The notes under the pieces were generated by a model that was given only the letters and a program-made list of their open reading frames with translations, did no database searches and was not told the origin of the DNA. Positions 17,403 through 25,513 of a DNA stretch of 64,000 nt are shown piece by piece. Made by a program: the position numbers and the translations under genes. This DNA comes from a virus: positions 32,001 to 96,000 of the IMG/VR virus record IMGVR_UViG_3300035670_000044; one strand, written 5' to 3'. The first letter of the stretch is position 1, and every line of letters begins with the position of its first letter.

Positions 17403-19313
17403 ATGTCCGAGGATAAAAACACCCCTAAACGTCTTGTAAAGACGGGATACAACGACCGTCTTTACTCATTGGGGGTGAGTCAAGGGCAGCTAGGGGGATA
17501 TAAGTCAGACCCGTACACCTGGGGAGGACTTCCTACCGTCCTCACAGGGGCAATACTCCCCCGTCGCGATGACATCCTCATCGAGGAGGCCGGAGGGGGC
17601 CCCAGGGCGATCGAGCACTATACACGGCTGTTTAACGACTCGGCCGTCATGTCGGCCTGGGAAAAACTGGTGGGTGAAATAATTCAGAGGGAGTGGGAGG
17701 TATATCCGGCTAGCGATTCGGACAGAGACGAAGAAGTTGCCGAGTTTGTTCGTCAATCCATATACCATCTAGGGACTAACGGTCGTCAAAGCCGTGGCCG
17801 GGACATGCTCGTTAACTCCAACAGCGGGTTTAACTCTTTTGTCAAGGGCATGTGCGAAGCATTGATCCTGGGGATCAGTATTGGCGAGGTTGCTTGGGTT
17901 AGGCAGGGGGGATATGTGGTCCCTAGTGAGATAAAAATCCGCGACCCACGCAGGTTCCAGTTTGTACTGAATGACGACGGCTCGATCAGCCCGAGGCTTA
18001 TCACCGTCCAATCACCGGTAGAGGGGTTGCCCATCCCCCTCCGTTCCATGGTGATACATCGCCACTGGTCCTACAGCAACAACATGGATCCGTACGGAAC
18101 GGGCTTAGGGCGTCAGCTTTACAGCTTAGTGGAGTTCCGTCGTACGCTGATGTCATTCTGGCTCCAGTACGCAGACAAGCATACCACACCGACAGCGGTG
18201 GGAAAGTTTAGCCTGGGAACTCCTGACGAGGAAGTAGCGTCATTATTCACAGCTCTGCAGAGACTGGGCCAAGAAACGGCAATCGTAATCCCTAACGAGA
18301 TGGATGTCGACTTACTCACAGCGGACTCCAGGGCTGATGTTTATCAGAATTTGATTGGATATATCGACCAGCAGATCTCATTTCTCATTAACGGTGAGTC
18401 GACGGTGGGCCAGGACACCGGATCGACAGGATCGTACGCCAGGGACCAGGTCGCTGATTCGGTTCGGATGCGGAAGGCCAAAGCCCTATCAGAACAACTT
18501 GACGAAACAATCAACGGGACGCTGATCCGGTGGATCGTGGAGCTCAACTACCCGGGCTCATCGGTCCCCCGACTCAAGCGGAACTTCACCGACCTTGAGC
18601 AGCGCGAAGACCCTGTCAAGACTGTTCAAATTCTGACACAGCTTCAGGCGGTGGGGTATCGACCCAGCGATCTGGATTGGCTGCGCGACAAACTCCAGAT
18701 TCCTTCGCTCGAGAGGGTCGAGATGCCTACGGAGATGTCAGAACCGCAGACCGCTGATGCCGGGGAATCCGACGCCAAGCCGGTTGTAGGCGAAAGCATG
18801 ATTGGACGTATGCTCACAGACGCGTCTGCGGTATCAACAGATAATCTCGACTTTAGCGAGTTCGATGAGTCCGGTGACCTCAAAGACGAAACGGTTCGGG
18901 ATAAAGTTGCCAAACGTATCGCAGAGCGTTTCAATAGTGGGGGGATGGACGAGGTCGGTTGGGATCGCCTATCCGCCGGTATATCTTCAACCGACTCTGA
19001 GAATTCTAAACTCAATATCGATGAGTTCACAACCCCTGGAGACATTATATATACTGCCAAACGCCTCCTCGATGAGATAAGGTCCATACCAGTTACTGTT
19101 CCACCTGAGCATGACAGATTACGAATGGATTTAGTTAGATTTGAAAACATAGCACTGCGTGAGGATGATATGGACGAGAAGGAGGTAGCGGAGTTAGTGA
19201 AAATTTACACCTTGACATATCGTCTTAACCGGAGCCACGTTCACCGTGAATTAGTCAATTTGGATCCGGATAAGGTGGGATATTGGCAATCTTTCTCTCC
19301 GTATTTCCTCTAG
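17403..19313 (+). CDS. Portal protein, Mu gp29/DUF935-like, with a C-terminal extension
   Basis: RDPRRFQF, PYGTGLGRQLY..VEFRR..MSFWLQYADKHTTP, YIDQQISFLING, GSYARDQV, TINGTLIRWIVELNY motifs. Confidence 0.85.
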   Translation: MSEDKNTPKRLVKTGYNDRLYSLGVSQGQLGGYKSDPYTWGGLPTVLTGAILPRRDDILIEEAGGGPRAIEHYTRLFNDSAVMSAWEKLVGEIIQREWEVYPASDSDRDEEVAEFVRQSIYHLGTNGRQSRGRDMLVNSNSGFNSFVKGMCEALILGISIGEVAWVRQGGYVVPSEIKIRDPRRFQFVLNDDGSISPRLITVQSPVEGLPIPLRSMVIHRHWSYSNNMDPYGTGLGRQLYSLVEFRRTLMSFWLQYADKHTTPTAVGKFSLGTPDEEVASLFTALQRLGQETAIVIPNEMDVDLLTADSRADVYQNLIGYIDQQISFLINGESTVGQDTGSTGSYARDQVADSVRMRKAKALSEQLDETINGTLIRWIVELNYPGSSVPRLKRNFTDLEQREDPVKTVQILTQLQAVGYRPSDLDWLRDKLQIPSLERVEMPTEMSEPQTADAGESDAKPVVGESMIGRMLTDASAVSTDNLDFSEFDESGDLKDETVRDKVAKRIAERFNSGGMDEVGWDRLSAGISSTDSENSKLNIDEFTTPGDIIYTAKRLLDEIRSIPVTVPPEHDRLRMDLVRFENIALREDDMDEKEVAELVKIYTLTYRLNRSHVHRELVNLDPDKVGYWQSFSPYFL

Positions 19314-19317
19314 TCTC

Positions 19318-19326
19318 GTTGAAAGC
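19318..19326 (+). promoter_or_regulatory. GTTGAAAGC-N4-TAGG putative late promoter
   Basis: 62 nt before ATG 19380. Confidence 0.75.
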
Positions 19327-19379
19327 TGTGTAGGACGGAGCCCCCTTACCGCTCTACAACTTTCCCAGACATATCTGTC

Positions 19380-19808
19380 ATGATCCAAATTCGACCCGTA
19401 ACCCAGAGCCAATTCCTGGTCTCTATGTCCCCTTTCTCCCATTACTTCACCTCGTTCTCTGGTATTCGCGACACCGCTGCCGCATCCAGCTACCCTGATG
19501 GTGTGAGGCAGCGTATCTTCCAGCTCCGTGGTCCGAAGACCCTCGCTGAGGCAACCTTTAGCACCCCCTTCGATCCAGAGAAGCATGCGGACATAGTGGA
19601 CTTCTGGAAATCAAGCTCCTGCGACTTTCTCTCTGCCACTGTACAGCCTGTAACATGTAGCGAAGATCCCCAACCCCTTGGCTCTCGCACTCTTATCATT
19701 CTGGATGCCCAAATGTCCAGTCTGAACTTCGGCTCTGTGGACAAGTCTAGCGGAAACCCCAGCACTCTGGAAATCACCCTGATCTGTAACGACTTTACCT
19801 ACGCCTAG
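19380..19808 (+). CDS. Tail tube protein (T4 gp19-like fold)
   Basis: 142 aa; FTSFSGI..YPDG...LRGP, DFWK, LNFGSVDKSSGNPSTLEITL pattern. Confidence 0.65.
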   Translation: MIQIRPVTQSQFLVSMSPFSHYFTSFSGIRDTAAASSYPDGVRQRIFQLRGPKTLAEATFSTPFDPEKHADIVDFWKSSSCDFLSATVQPVTCSEDPQPLGSRTLIILDAQMSSLNFGSVDKSSGNPSTLEITLICNDFTYA

Positions 19809-19811
19809 TCC

Positions 19812-20570
19812 ATGGCCGCCCGGACATTCGGCTCGTTACCAATTAGCTGCGTCACTCCGGCGCAGCTACAGGCCCTAGCGGAAAAAAACATTGGGGTGGA
19901 GGGCATTAGTGGCGTGGGTTGTAATAATCCGTTACTTAATACGTGTGAGCGGGACGCCAATGACTTGCTAGCTCAGTACCAGGTGTACGATAGCACGAAA
20001 GGGGTTTATACTACCTGGGGTAATATCTCCCTGTCCTGGGATTTTGAGAATACGGGCAGCGATGAGAGGTGGGGATCGGCCCGATATGTGGACGAAAATG
20101 GATACAGAACAGGTGATCGAGTACTAGTCATCACGAATAACGGCCTTTTGGTGACATTATACGAGTCTACAGTAGACGGTCCGTCCCCATCAGGCCCGTT
20201 TGACCCCAATTTGTGGGTTGAGGTGTGTCATGTTGCCACAGCAGAGCCTGTAGGCCTTAGGGACATCAGGGAATATGAGTACTATGCCCCAAATAAGGTC
20301 TATTCCGTTGGAGATGTAGTCCTTCGGGACACCCGGTGTGGCGATGATACATGCGTGTATATTGCTAAGAGTACCGTACCGACCAATACCAGTCCTCCCG
20401 CACTGGTATGGAGCTTATCCTACTGTTCTTCCAATGGGAAAGCGAACACATGCGCGAAGCAGGTGGTCTGCGGTCCGGGTCGGGTCGTTGTCGACCTATC
20501 ATCCGGAGACCTCGATCAAATCTGTGTACCGGTTGAAAGCACAAACTCCGTAGGTCCTAGTTTTAGTTGA
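19812..20570 (+). CDS. Cys-rich putative virion protein with carbohydrate-binding-like repeats
   Basis: Two Y..GD.V...Y......P....W units; the stop TGA is supplied by the motif at 20566. Confidence 0.6.
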   Translation: MAARTFGSLPISCVTPAQLQALAEKNIGVEGISGVGCNNPLLNTCERDANDLLAQYQVYDSTKGVYTTWGNISLSWDFENTGSDERWGSARYVDENGYRTGDRVLVITNNGLLVTLYESTVDGPSPSGPFDPNLWVEVCHVATAEPVGLRDIREYEYYAPNKVYSVGDVVLRDTRCGDDTCVYIAKSTVPTNTSPPALVWSLSYCSSNGKANTCAKQVVCGPGRVVVDLSSGDLDQICVPVESTNSVGPSFS

Positions 20571-20574
20571 AAGC
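20532..20574 (+). promoter_or_regulatory. Tandem GTTGAAAGC copies (20532 and 20566; the second has N4-TAGA)
   Basis: The second copy is 37 nt before GTG 20603. Confidence 0.7.
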
Positions 20575-20602
20575 AGTATAGAAACTCGCTTCACACACTA
20601 CC

Positions 20603-21013
20603 GTGGCAACTAATCTTTTTAGGGGGTCGTGTACTCCCAATCTCGGTGGAGTTCAGGATTATTACACTAAAGACGAGATAAATCAGTTATTCAGAAAAAG
20701 AACAGGGTCAGATAGTCTGTTTCTCGAGACTAACCACATCTGGGTTGGTAATCTGTCCAATGTTCAGAGCCAGTACAGGCTTGACCCTAATCACTATATT
20801 GTAGACCATGCTACAGGGTCGGTAGCAAATTTGTCCACGGAGAGAGATATTGAAGAATCTAAACTCATTCGTCGTAATGCAACTGTGTCTATTGGAGTTC
20901 CTGGGACAGTGCCGTTTGGAGTCGGACCAATTATTCCCCCGGGCATGTCGTTGGTCGGTATAGGTCCCGACTCCTATAACGTAATAGACACCCGAAGCGG
21001 ATCAGTCTGTTGA
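20603..21013 (+). CDS. Probably truncated fibre/receptor-binding protein
   Basis: YYTKDEIN fibre motif; the last 40 aa resemble the start of the domain in 8715-10235; ends at the TGA inside the motif. Confidence 0.55.
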   Translation: MATNLFRGSCTPNLGGVQDYYTKDEINQLFRKRTGSDSLFLETNHIWVGNLSNVQSQYRLDPNHYIVDHATGSVANLSTERDIEESKLIRRNATVSIGVPGTVPFGVGPIIPPGMSLVGIGPDSYNVIDTRSGSVC

Positions 21014-21017
21014 AAGC
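21009..21017 (+). promoter_or_regulatory. GTTGAAAGC-N4-TAGA putative late promoter
   Basis: 35 nt before GTG 21044. Confidence 0.75.
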
Positions 21018-21043
21018 AGGGTAGAAGTTACACCGCTACCTCC

Positions 21044-22387
21044 GTGCCGTACTACGAAAATCCTCTAGAGACCCATTCCATTGACGAGGCGATCAGTATC
21101 GCCAACAACAAAGCGTTCAATGTCATCCAAATCGCGGATACTCGCGGGGTGATTGTCGATCCGTTTTCTGGCTCAGCGATAGATGCCTTCTCCCGTCTCC
21201 GAACCTCCGAGGCATTTACTCTAGCCGACTACAAGCACGTATATGGGATAAATACCGAACTGCTGGATGAGTTATCAAATGGCGGAACCGTTACCCACGT
21301 GGCCAACAGTGCTTGTGTTCGATTGAGCACTACTTCGAATACCTCCAGCCGATCAGTACACCAGTCTCGCATGTACCACAATTACATGCCAGGAAAATCC
21401 CAGCTAGTGTTGTCATCGTTTGTGTTTTATGGGGCCACTGCCAACGTAACAAAACGAACCGGGTACTTCGATGACCGGGACGGAATCTTTTTTGAACAAG
21501 ACGGAAACGGAGTATTGTCAATGAACGTCCGTTCGTATGTGACCGGTAGTCCTGTGACCGTAAAGATCCCACAATTCGACTGGAATGGGGATCGGTGTGA
21601 TGGTACGGGGGATAGCAGTTGGAATATCGATATCACAAAGTCCCAACTATGGTGGTGTGATTTTCAGTGGTTGGGCGTTGGTCGTGTCAGAGTGGGATTT
21701 GTTCACAAAGACAGCTACGTTGTTGCGCATACCTTTTATCACAGCGACGTCTTAAATACTGTATATATCAGTAATCCTAACCTTCCGATCCGGTGCGAGA
21801 TCAGTAATACCGGTACCACTACCGGGGGGTATTTCGATCAGATCTGCTCTACTGTTATCTCGGAGGGGGGATACACCGAATCGGGAATAAACTTTGGAGC
21901 AAACTCAGGGACGACATTGAAGGAGATTAATGCCGCGAGTGGCGTTGTCCCCATCATGGCAATCCGGTTAAAAAACACGTTCCAGACGTATCCCAACCGT
22001 GTGTTTGTGAGGGCGGAATCGTTGACAATGTACGCGTCGGGCAATCCCGTGTACTGGAGACTGATTAAGTTGCCTGGATTGTCCAGTATTACCTTGTCCT
22101 CACCCACATGGACTAGCGTCGATAGTGGGTCGGCTGTTGAGTATAACCTTACCGCTACTGCGTTTACGGATGGGTATCCGGTGGCTGGCGGTATCGTTGG
22201 TACTGAATCCCCAGGAGGTAGTACGAAGGGTACGGGGGCCGGTACTGGGGCCCTAGGGGGCCCCAAGAAGAGCTTTATTGCGCAGAATTACAGCTCGACT
22301 GACAGTGAAATATATCTTGTGTGTGCTCAGGCAATTGGGGGAAATGCTACTGCGGTTGTTGATTTGACTTGGCGAGAAATTAGTTGA
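21044..22387 (+). CDS. Virion structural protein (Y[MQ]PG / F.W.G family)
   Basis: DAFSRLR, YMPGKS, GYFDDRDGIFFE, WNGD, DFQWLGVGRVRVGF, NLPIRCEI motifs; paralogous to 27781 and 30829. Confidence 0.7.
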   Translation: MPYYENPLETHSIDEAISIANNKAFNVIQIADTRGVIVDPFSGSAIDAFSRLRTSEAFTLADYKHVYGINTELLDELSNGGTVTHVANSACVRLSTTSNTSSRSVHQSRMYHNYMPGKSQLVLSSFVFYGATANVTKRTGYFDDRDGIFFEQDGNGVLSMNVRSYVTGSPVTVKIPQFDWNGDRCDGTGDSSWNIDITKSQLWWCDFQWLGVGRVRVGFVHKDSYVVAHTFYHSDVLNTVYISNPNLPIRCEISNTGTTTGGYFDQICSTVISEGGYTESGINFGANSGTTLKEINAASGVVPIMAIRLKNTFQTYPNRVFVRAESLTMYASGNPVYWRLIKLPGLSSITLSSPTWTSVDSGSAVEYNLTATAFTDGYPVAGGIVGTESPGGSTKGTGAGTGALGGPKKSFIAQNYSSTDSEIYLVCAQAIGGNATAVVDLTWREIS

Positions 22388-22391
22388 AAGC
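22383..22391 (+). promoter_or_regulatory. GTTGAAAGC-N4-TAGA putative late promoter
   Basis: Contains the upstream stop; 31 nt before ATG 22414. Confidence 0.75.
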
Positions 22392-22413
22392 CCAGTAGAC
22401 GTATTTAACGCGC

Positions 22414-23457
22414 ATGACATATTCCGCCACAGCGCCGGTAAAATTATTGTCCGGGACAGCCTCTGCCCCGTCGTTAACATTTGCCGGTGGCCCCGGACTG
22501 TTCAGTCCGGGACCCAACCAGCTAGCAGTTACCACTGGCGGAGTACAACGTCTTTTGATTGGGTCTGATGGGTCAATTGCCTCCAGCGGCTCTTTGTCCG
22601 GATCTTCTCTTTCTATTTCTGGTCAAAGTGCCAGGACAACAGCGTTACAAGAGACTTCTCTGCCTATCGCGCTAGACGCCACTGCAATGCCGGGGGCGTC
22701 GGTGTTGGGGAATGACGGACAGGTTTACACGTCCATCAAGATTGGAGAATCTTATGAGTGGTCCAAGGCACCTTCAGCGTTGTCAACGGGTGAGATATTT
22801 CTAGGGGTCAGCGAGCCACGCGTAAATTTTAACCATGCCATCGCTTCGGGTGGATATAGTTTTGCGCCTGCTATTCAAACCGAAGGCGCTGAGGCATCAG
22901 GCGCTTCAATCGGCATAACAAGGTATGTCGCAGGTAACGGACCATCTTATTTAATCTTGGCAAAGGTCAATAACGATAATCCATTAGAAAATACTGCTCT
23001 TGTTACGAGCCAAGACGTAGGCACTATTTTATTTATGGGCGCCGATGGCACAGAACTGATACCAGGGGCCGCAATTACAGCAACTGTTAGCGGAACCGTA
23101 GGCACGCGGTCCGTGCCCATGTTTCTTAATTTTCGGACCAAACCCGAGGGCGCAGTTGACGGAGTGCCCATCACGGGCCGAATGCGCGTCATGCCCAACG
23201 GCAACGTGTTGATCAACAACACAACCGGCACCGAGCGCTTGTCCGTTGCCGGCAACATCCAAACCACAGACGCTGCCAACGGCTTCATGGTCGGCAGCAA
23301 TCAGGTTGTCGGCTCTCGCAAAACTGGATGGGCCGCGCCAACCGGCACTACCACTCGAACCGCGTTTGACACCGCCACTGCCACCGCTACTGATGTGGCT
23401 GAACGCGTCAAGGCGCTCATTGATGATCTAGCCGCCCACGGCCTTATTGGAGCCTGA
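22414..23457 (+). CDS. Tail fibre protein
   Basis: GTASAPSLTF..GLFSPG..LAVTTGGVQRL, RMRVMPNGNVLIN and terminal QVVGSR.TGW...LIDDLAAHGLI fibre motifs. Confidence 0.75.
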   Translation: MTYSATAPVKLLSGTASAPSLTFAGGPGLFSPGPNQLAVTTGGVQRLLIGSDGSIASSGSLSGSSLSISGQSARTTALQETSLPIALDATAMPGASVLGNDGQVYTSIKIGESYEWSKAPSALSTGEIFLGVSEPRVNFNHAIASGGYSFAPAIQTEGAEASGASIGITRYVAGNGPSYLILAKVNNDNPLENTALVTSQDVGTILFMGADGTELIPGAAITATVSGTVGTRSVPMFLNFRTKPEGAVDGVPITGRMRVMPNGNVLINNTTGTERLSVAGNIQTTDAANGFMVGSNQVVGSRKTGWAAPTGTTTRTAFDTATATATDVAERVKALIDDLAAHGLIGA

Positions 23458-23459
23458 CC

Positions 23460-23615
23460 ATGAAAGACCAGCTCATCACCATCATCAATTCCTATGCCGC
23501 TGCTCGTGCCAGCGGTGACACCATCCTGCAGCAGTTCGCCGCGCAACAGCTCGGCGCCTTCCTGGAGAGTGTCGAAATTACCGCCAACCCCACTGCAAAA
23601 ACTACCGATGACTGA
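23460..23615 (+). CDS. Small helical protein (51 aa, below the ORF-track cutoff)
   Basis: Hand-translated MKDQLITIINSYAAARASGDTILQQFAAQQLGAFLESVEITANPTAKTTDD; abuts both neighbours; similar to 24351-24518. Confidence 0.65.
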   Translation: MKDQLITIINSYAAARASGDTILQQFAAQQLGAFLESVEITANPTAKTTDD

Positions 23616-23958
23616 CCCCGCAATCACGTATAACTGGAAAATCGAGCGCCTTGACTGCGCTCCTTCCGTGAATGAACTCAGCAACGTAGTTCGCAAGATT
23701 CACTGGAGACTGTTCGCCAGTGATGGGATCAACACTAGCGATTTGTACGGAGACATTCTTCTTGGTGACGCCGACCCGGAGGATTTCACAGCTTATGAAT
23801 CACTGACCGAAGCCGAGGTAGTCGCCTGGTTGGAGGCCGCGATCGACGCCCGTGCCGACGAGGAGGAACCGTCCGTTCCCCAAATGCGCAGCGGCCTGGC
23901 TGGCATTCTGGCCGCCATGAGGACACCAGCGGTAGTAGCAACTCCGTTGCCCTGGTAG
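23608..23958 (+). CDS. Tail-fibre-associated protein
   Basis: Start reassigned to ATG 23608; TYNWKIERLD..VVRKIHWR..FTAYESLTEAEVVAW..PLPW is a pattern common next to fibre genes. Confidence 0.7.
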   Translation: MTDPAITYNWKIERLDCAPSVNELSNVVRKIHWRLFASDGINTSDLYGDILLGDADPEDFTAYESLTEAEVVAWLEAAIDARADEEEPSVPQMRSGLAGILAAMRTPAVVATPLPW

Positions 23959-24294
23959 TCAAAAACTCTCTTGGGTTGAGTCGTTAGAGGGTTGTTTCAC
24001 CCCGTTCAATTTGGATAACGTAGTCAACATCCGGTCAAGAAACTTTGGTGGGATACGTCCCTCCAAATCCTCCCTGGCTACATCAACGCTATCCGGCCAG
24101 CCAGACGAAACATATCCAATAAACTCCTTCAGCTCCTCGATCGTAATAAGACGCCCGGGGAGAAGGTCCCAAGAGTATCCTGTAAACACCAGGACATCCG
24201 CGCTATTCAGGACAACAATATCACCCCGAGAGCAATTTTCTCGATCAGGTATTTTGTCGTTATTTTTTCTAAGGATGTAGATAGACGGTCTCAT
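23959..24294 (-). CDS. Hypothetical protein
   Basis: Start reassigned to ATG 24294 (MRPSIYILRK). Confidence 0.55.
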   Translation of the reverse strand: MRPSIYILRKNNDKIPDRENCSRGDIVVLNSADVLVFTGYSWDLLPGRLITIEELKEFIGYVSSGWPDSVDVAREDLEGRIPPKFLDRMLTTLSKLNGVKQPSNDSTQESF

Positions 24295-24323
24295 TGGAAA
24301 GAAAGGGGGGGGGGAAGAGGAGA

Positions 24324-24341
24324 GGGGAGCTTGAGCTCCCC
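24324..24341 (-). terminator. GC hairpin GGGGAGC-TCAA-GCTCCCC followed by a pyrimidine tract
   Basis: Perfect 7-bp stem about 10 nt after stop 24351; the tail is C/T-rich rather than poly-T. Confidence 0.4.
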
Positions 24342-24350
24342 CCAGATGCA

Positions 24351-24518
24351 TCAGAACTCTTGTTTTACAACCTCAGGATCGACGGCGGCTTCAGCGGGAA
24401 AAACCAAATCAAGGGCTTGTTCCAACTGGGTCACCATGCTGTTAATTAGGTACTGGTTTCGGGAAGCCTTAGCGTCAGCGTAAGCTTCTATAAGTTGAGC
24501 AAGGGTGCGTTTATCCAT
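24351..24518 (-). CDS. Small helical protein, paralog of 23460-23615
   Basis: MDKRTLAQLIEAYADAKASRNQYLINSMVTQLEQALD; extended -10-like TGCTAGAAT at 24569-24561. Confidence 0.6.
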   Translation of the reverse strand: MDKRTLAQLIEAYADAKASRNQYLINSMVTQLEQALDLVFPAEAAVDPEVVKQEF

Positions 24519-24570
24519 GGGTAAATGGTCTAGTTGACCTCGATCTGAGGTTACCTTCATATTCTAGCAC

Positions 24571-24579
24571 GTTGAAAGC
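24571..24579 (+). promoter_or_regulatory. GTTGAAAGC-N4-TAGA putative late promoter
   Basis: 33 nt before ATG 24604. Confidence 0.75.
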
Positions 24580-24603
24580 ACTATAGACACGTAAACCGAT
24601 TGC

Positions 24604-24912
24604 ATGGCCCAGGATATTCACGAGTTTGATATCTCTAAGACATTCAGCAATGTCGTCCTGACAACCATAACCCCTCAGCCCGACACCGACGGGGTTCCAG
24701 AGACCTATCTCCCACTGCGCCGGACCGGAAATCTCGCCCTACGCAACCAAGGCCGTCTTCAGGATGGATCTGGAGTAGAAATTCCCCTCGTCTTAGCTCG
24801 CAACGCGATTGAGATTGAGTCAGATCCGGTTACAGCTTACTCCCCTATCCGCCGAGCTGACCTGGTAGGTCTCCAGGCCTCCGCCTTTATTTCTTCTATT
24901 CTCTGGTCCTAA
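24604..24912 (+). CDS. Putative virion protein
   Basis: 102 aa; first gene after the motif. Confidence 0.6.
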   Translation: MAQDIHEFDISKTFSNVVLTTITPQPDTDGVPETYLPLRRTGNLALRNQGRLQDGSGVEIPLVLARNAIEIESDPVTAYSPIRRADLVGLQASAFISSILWS

Positions 24913-24918
24913 TCCGCC

Positions 24919-25314
24919 ATGCTTCTCCCATCCAACACCAGCACCAATGTTTTTAATTCCCCGACCAATGTAGAGGGGGCCGAAGCCGGACGCCTAATAA
25001 CTGTTCCGGTAAATTCTAGTGCTGAGGGGGATTGGCAAAAGAATTTCGTGCTGGTGACCTCTTTGATGTTGTGTAACCGGACTACCACCTCCTTAGCGGT
25101 GTCAGCGAAAATAGTCAACACCACCACGTCCGCACGAATCCTTTCAGGGTTAAATCTCCCCCCTAACACCTCCTACGACGTAATCAGCGGGAACAAATTT
25201 GTACTGAAAGAGGGGGATGTTTTATCGGTTTGGCATAATAGCACAATATCCGGTGCTTTGGATACTGTCTTGTCTTACACCTTGCACCGTCCCCTCACTA
25301 CTTACGACATCTGA
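24919..25314 (+). CDS. Small beta-rich virion protein
   Basis: VTSLMLCN..LPPNTSYDVISGNKFVLKEGDVLSV..LDTVLSY pattern. Confidence 0.65.
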   Translation: MLLPSNTSTNVFNSPTNVEGAEAGRLITVPVNSSAEGDWQKNFVLVTSLMLCNRTTTSLAVSAKIVNTTTSARILSGLNLPPNTSYDVISGNKFVLKEGDVLSVWHNSTISGALDTVLSYTLHRPLTTYDI

Positions 25315-25496
25315 TGATTAACGAAGTTTATAAGGTTGATGGTAAGTACCCTGATCCCTATGAGATAGAAAACAAACTTAAACAGTTAAAGGAGTCCTTG
25401 GATTCCGAGCGAGAGTATAGATCCGCTGTCTCTGAACTTCGTGAAGCTGGATTGGGCACTCACCCCCTCCTCGGGCAATTTTTCGTTGAAAGCTAG
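25314..25496 (+). CDS. Hypothetical protein
   Basis: TGATG-coupled 60-aa ORF. Confidence 0.55.
   Translation: MINEVYKVDGKYPDPYEIENKLKQLKESLDSEREYRSAVSELREAGLGTHPLLGQFFVES
25485..25493 (+). promoter_or_regulatory. GTTGAAAGC putative late promoter
   Basis: 29 nt before ATG 25514. Confidence 0.7.
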
Positions 25497-25513
25497 AGTA
25501 GAGGGAAATTTAC

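Noticed and set aside
21011-21046. TGA readthrough fusing 20603 with 21044, or stop-codon recoding
   Set aside because: It is in frame here, but the equivalent junctions at 20570 and 22387 are out of frame, and genes are intact in the standard code.
19318-25493. Integron attC array
   Set aside because: The motif is GTTRRRR rather than GTTRRRY, lacks inverse-core hairpins, and no integrase is present.
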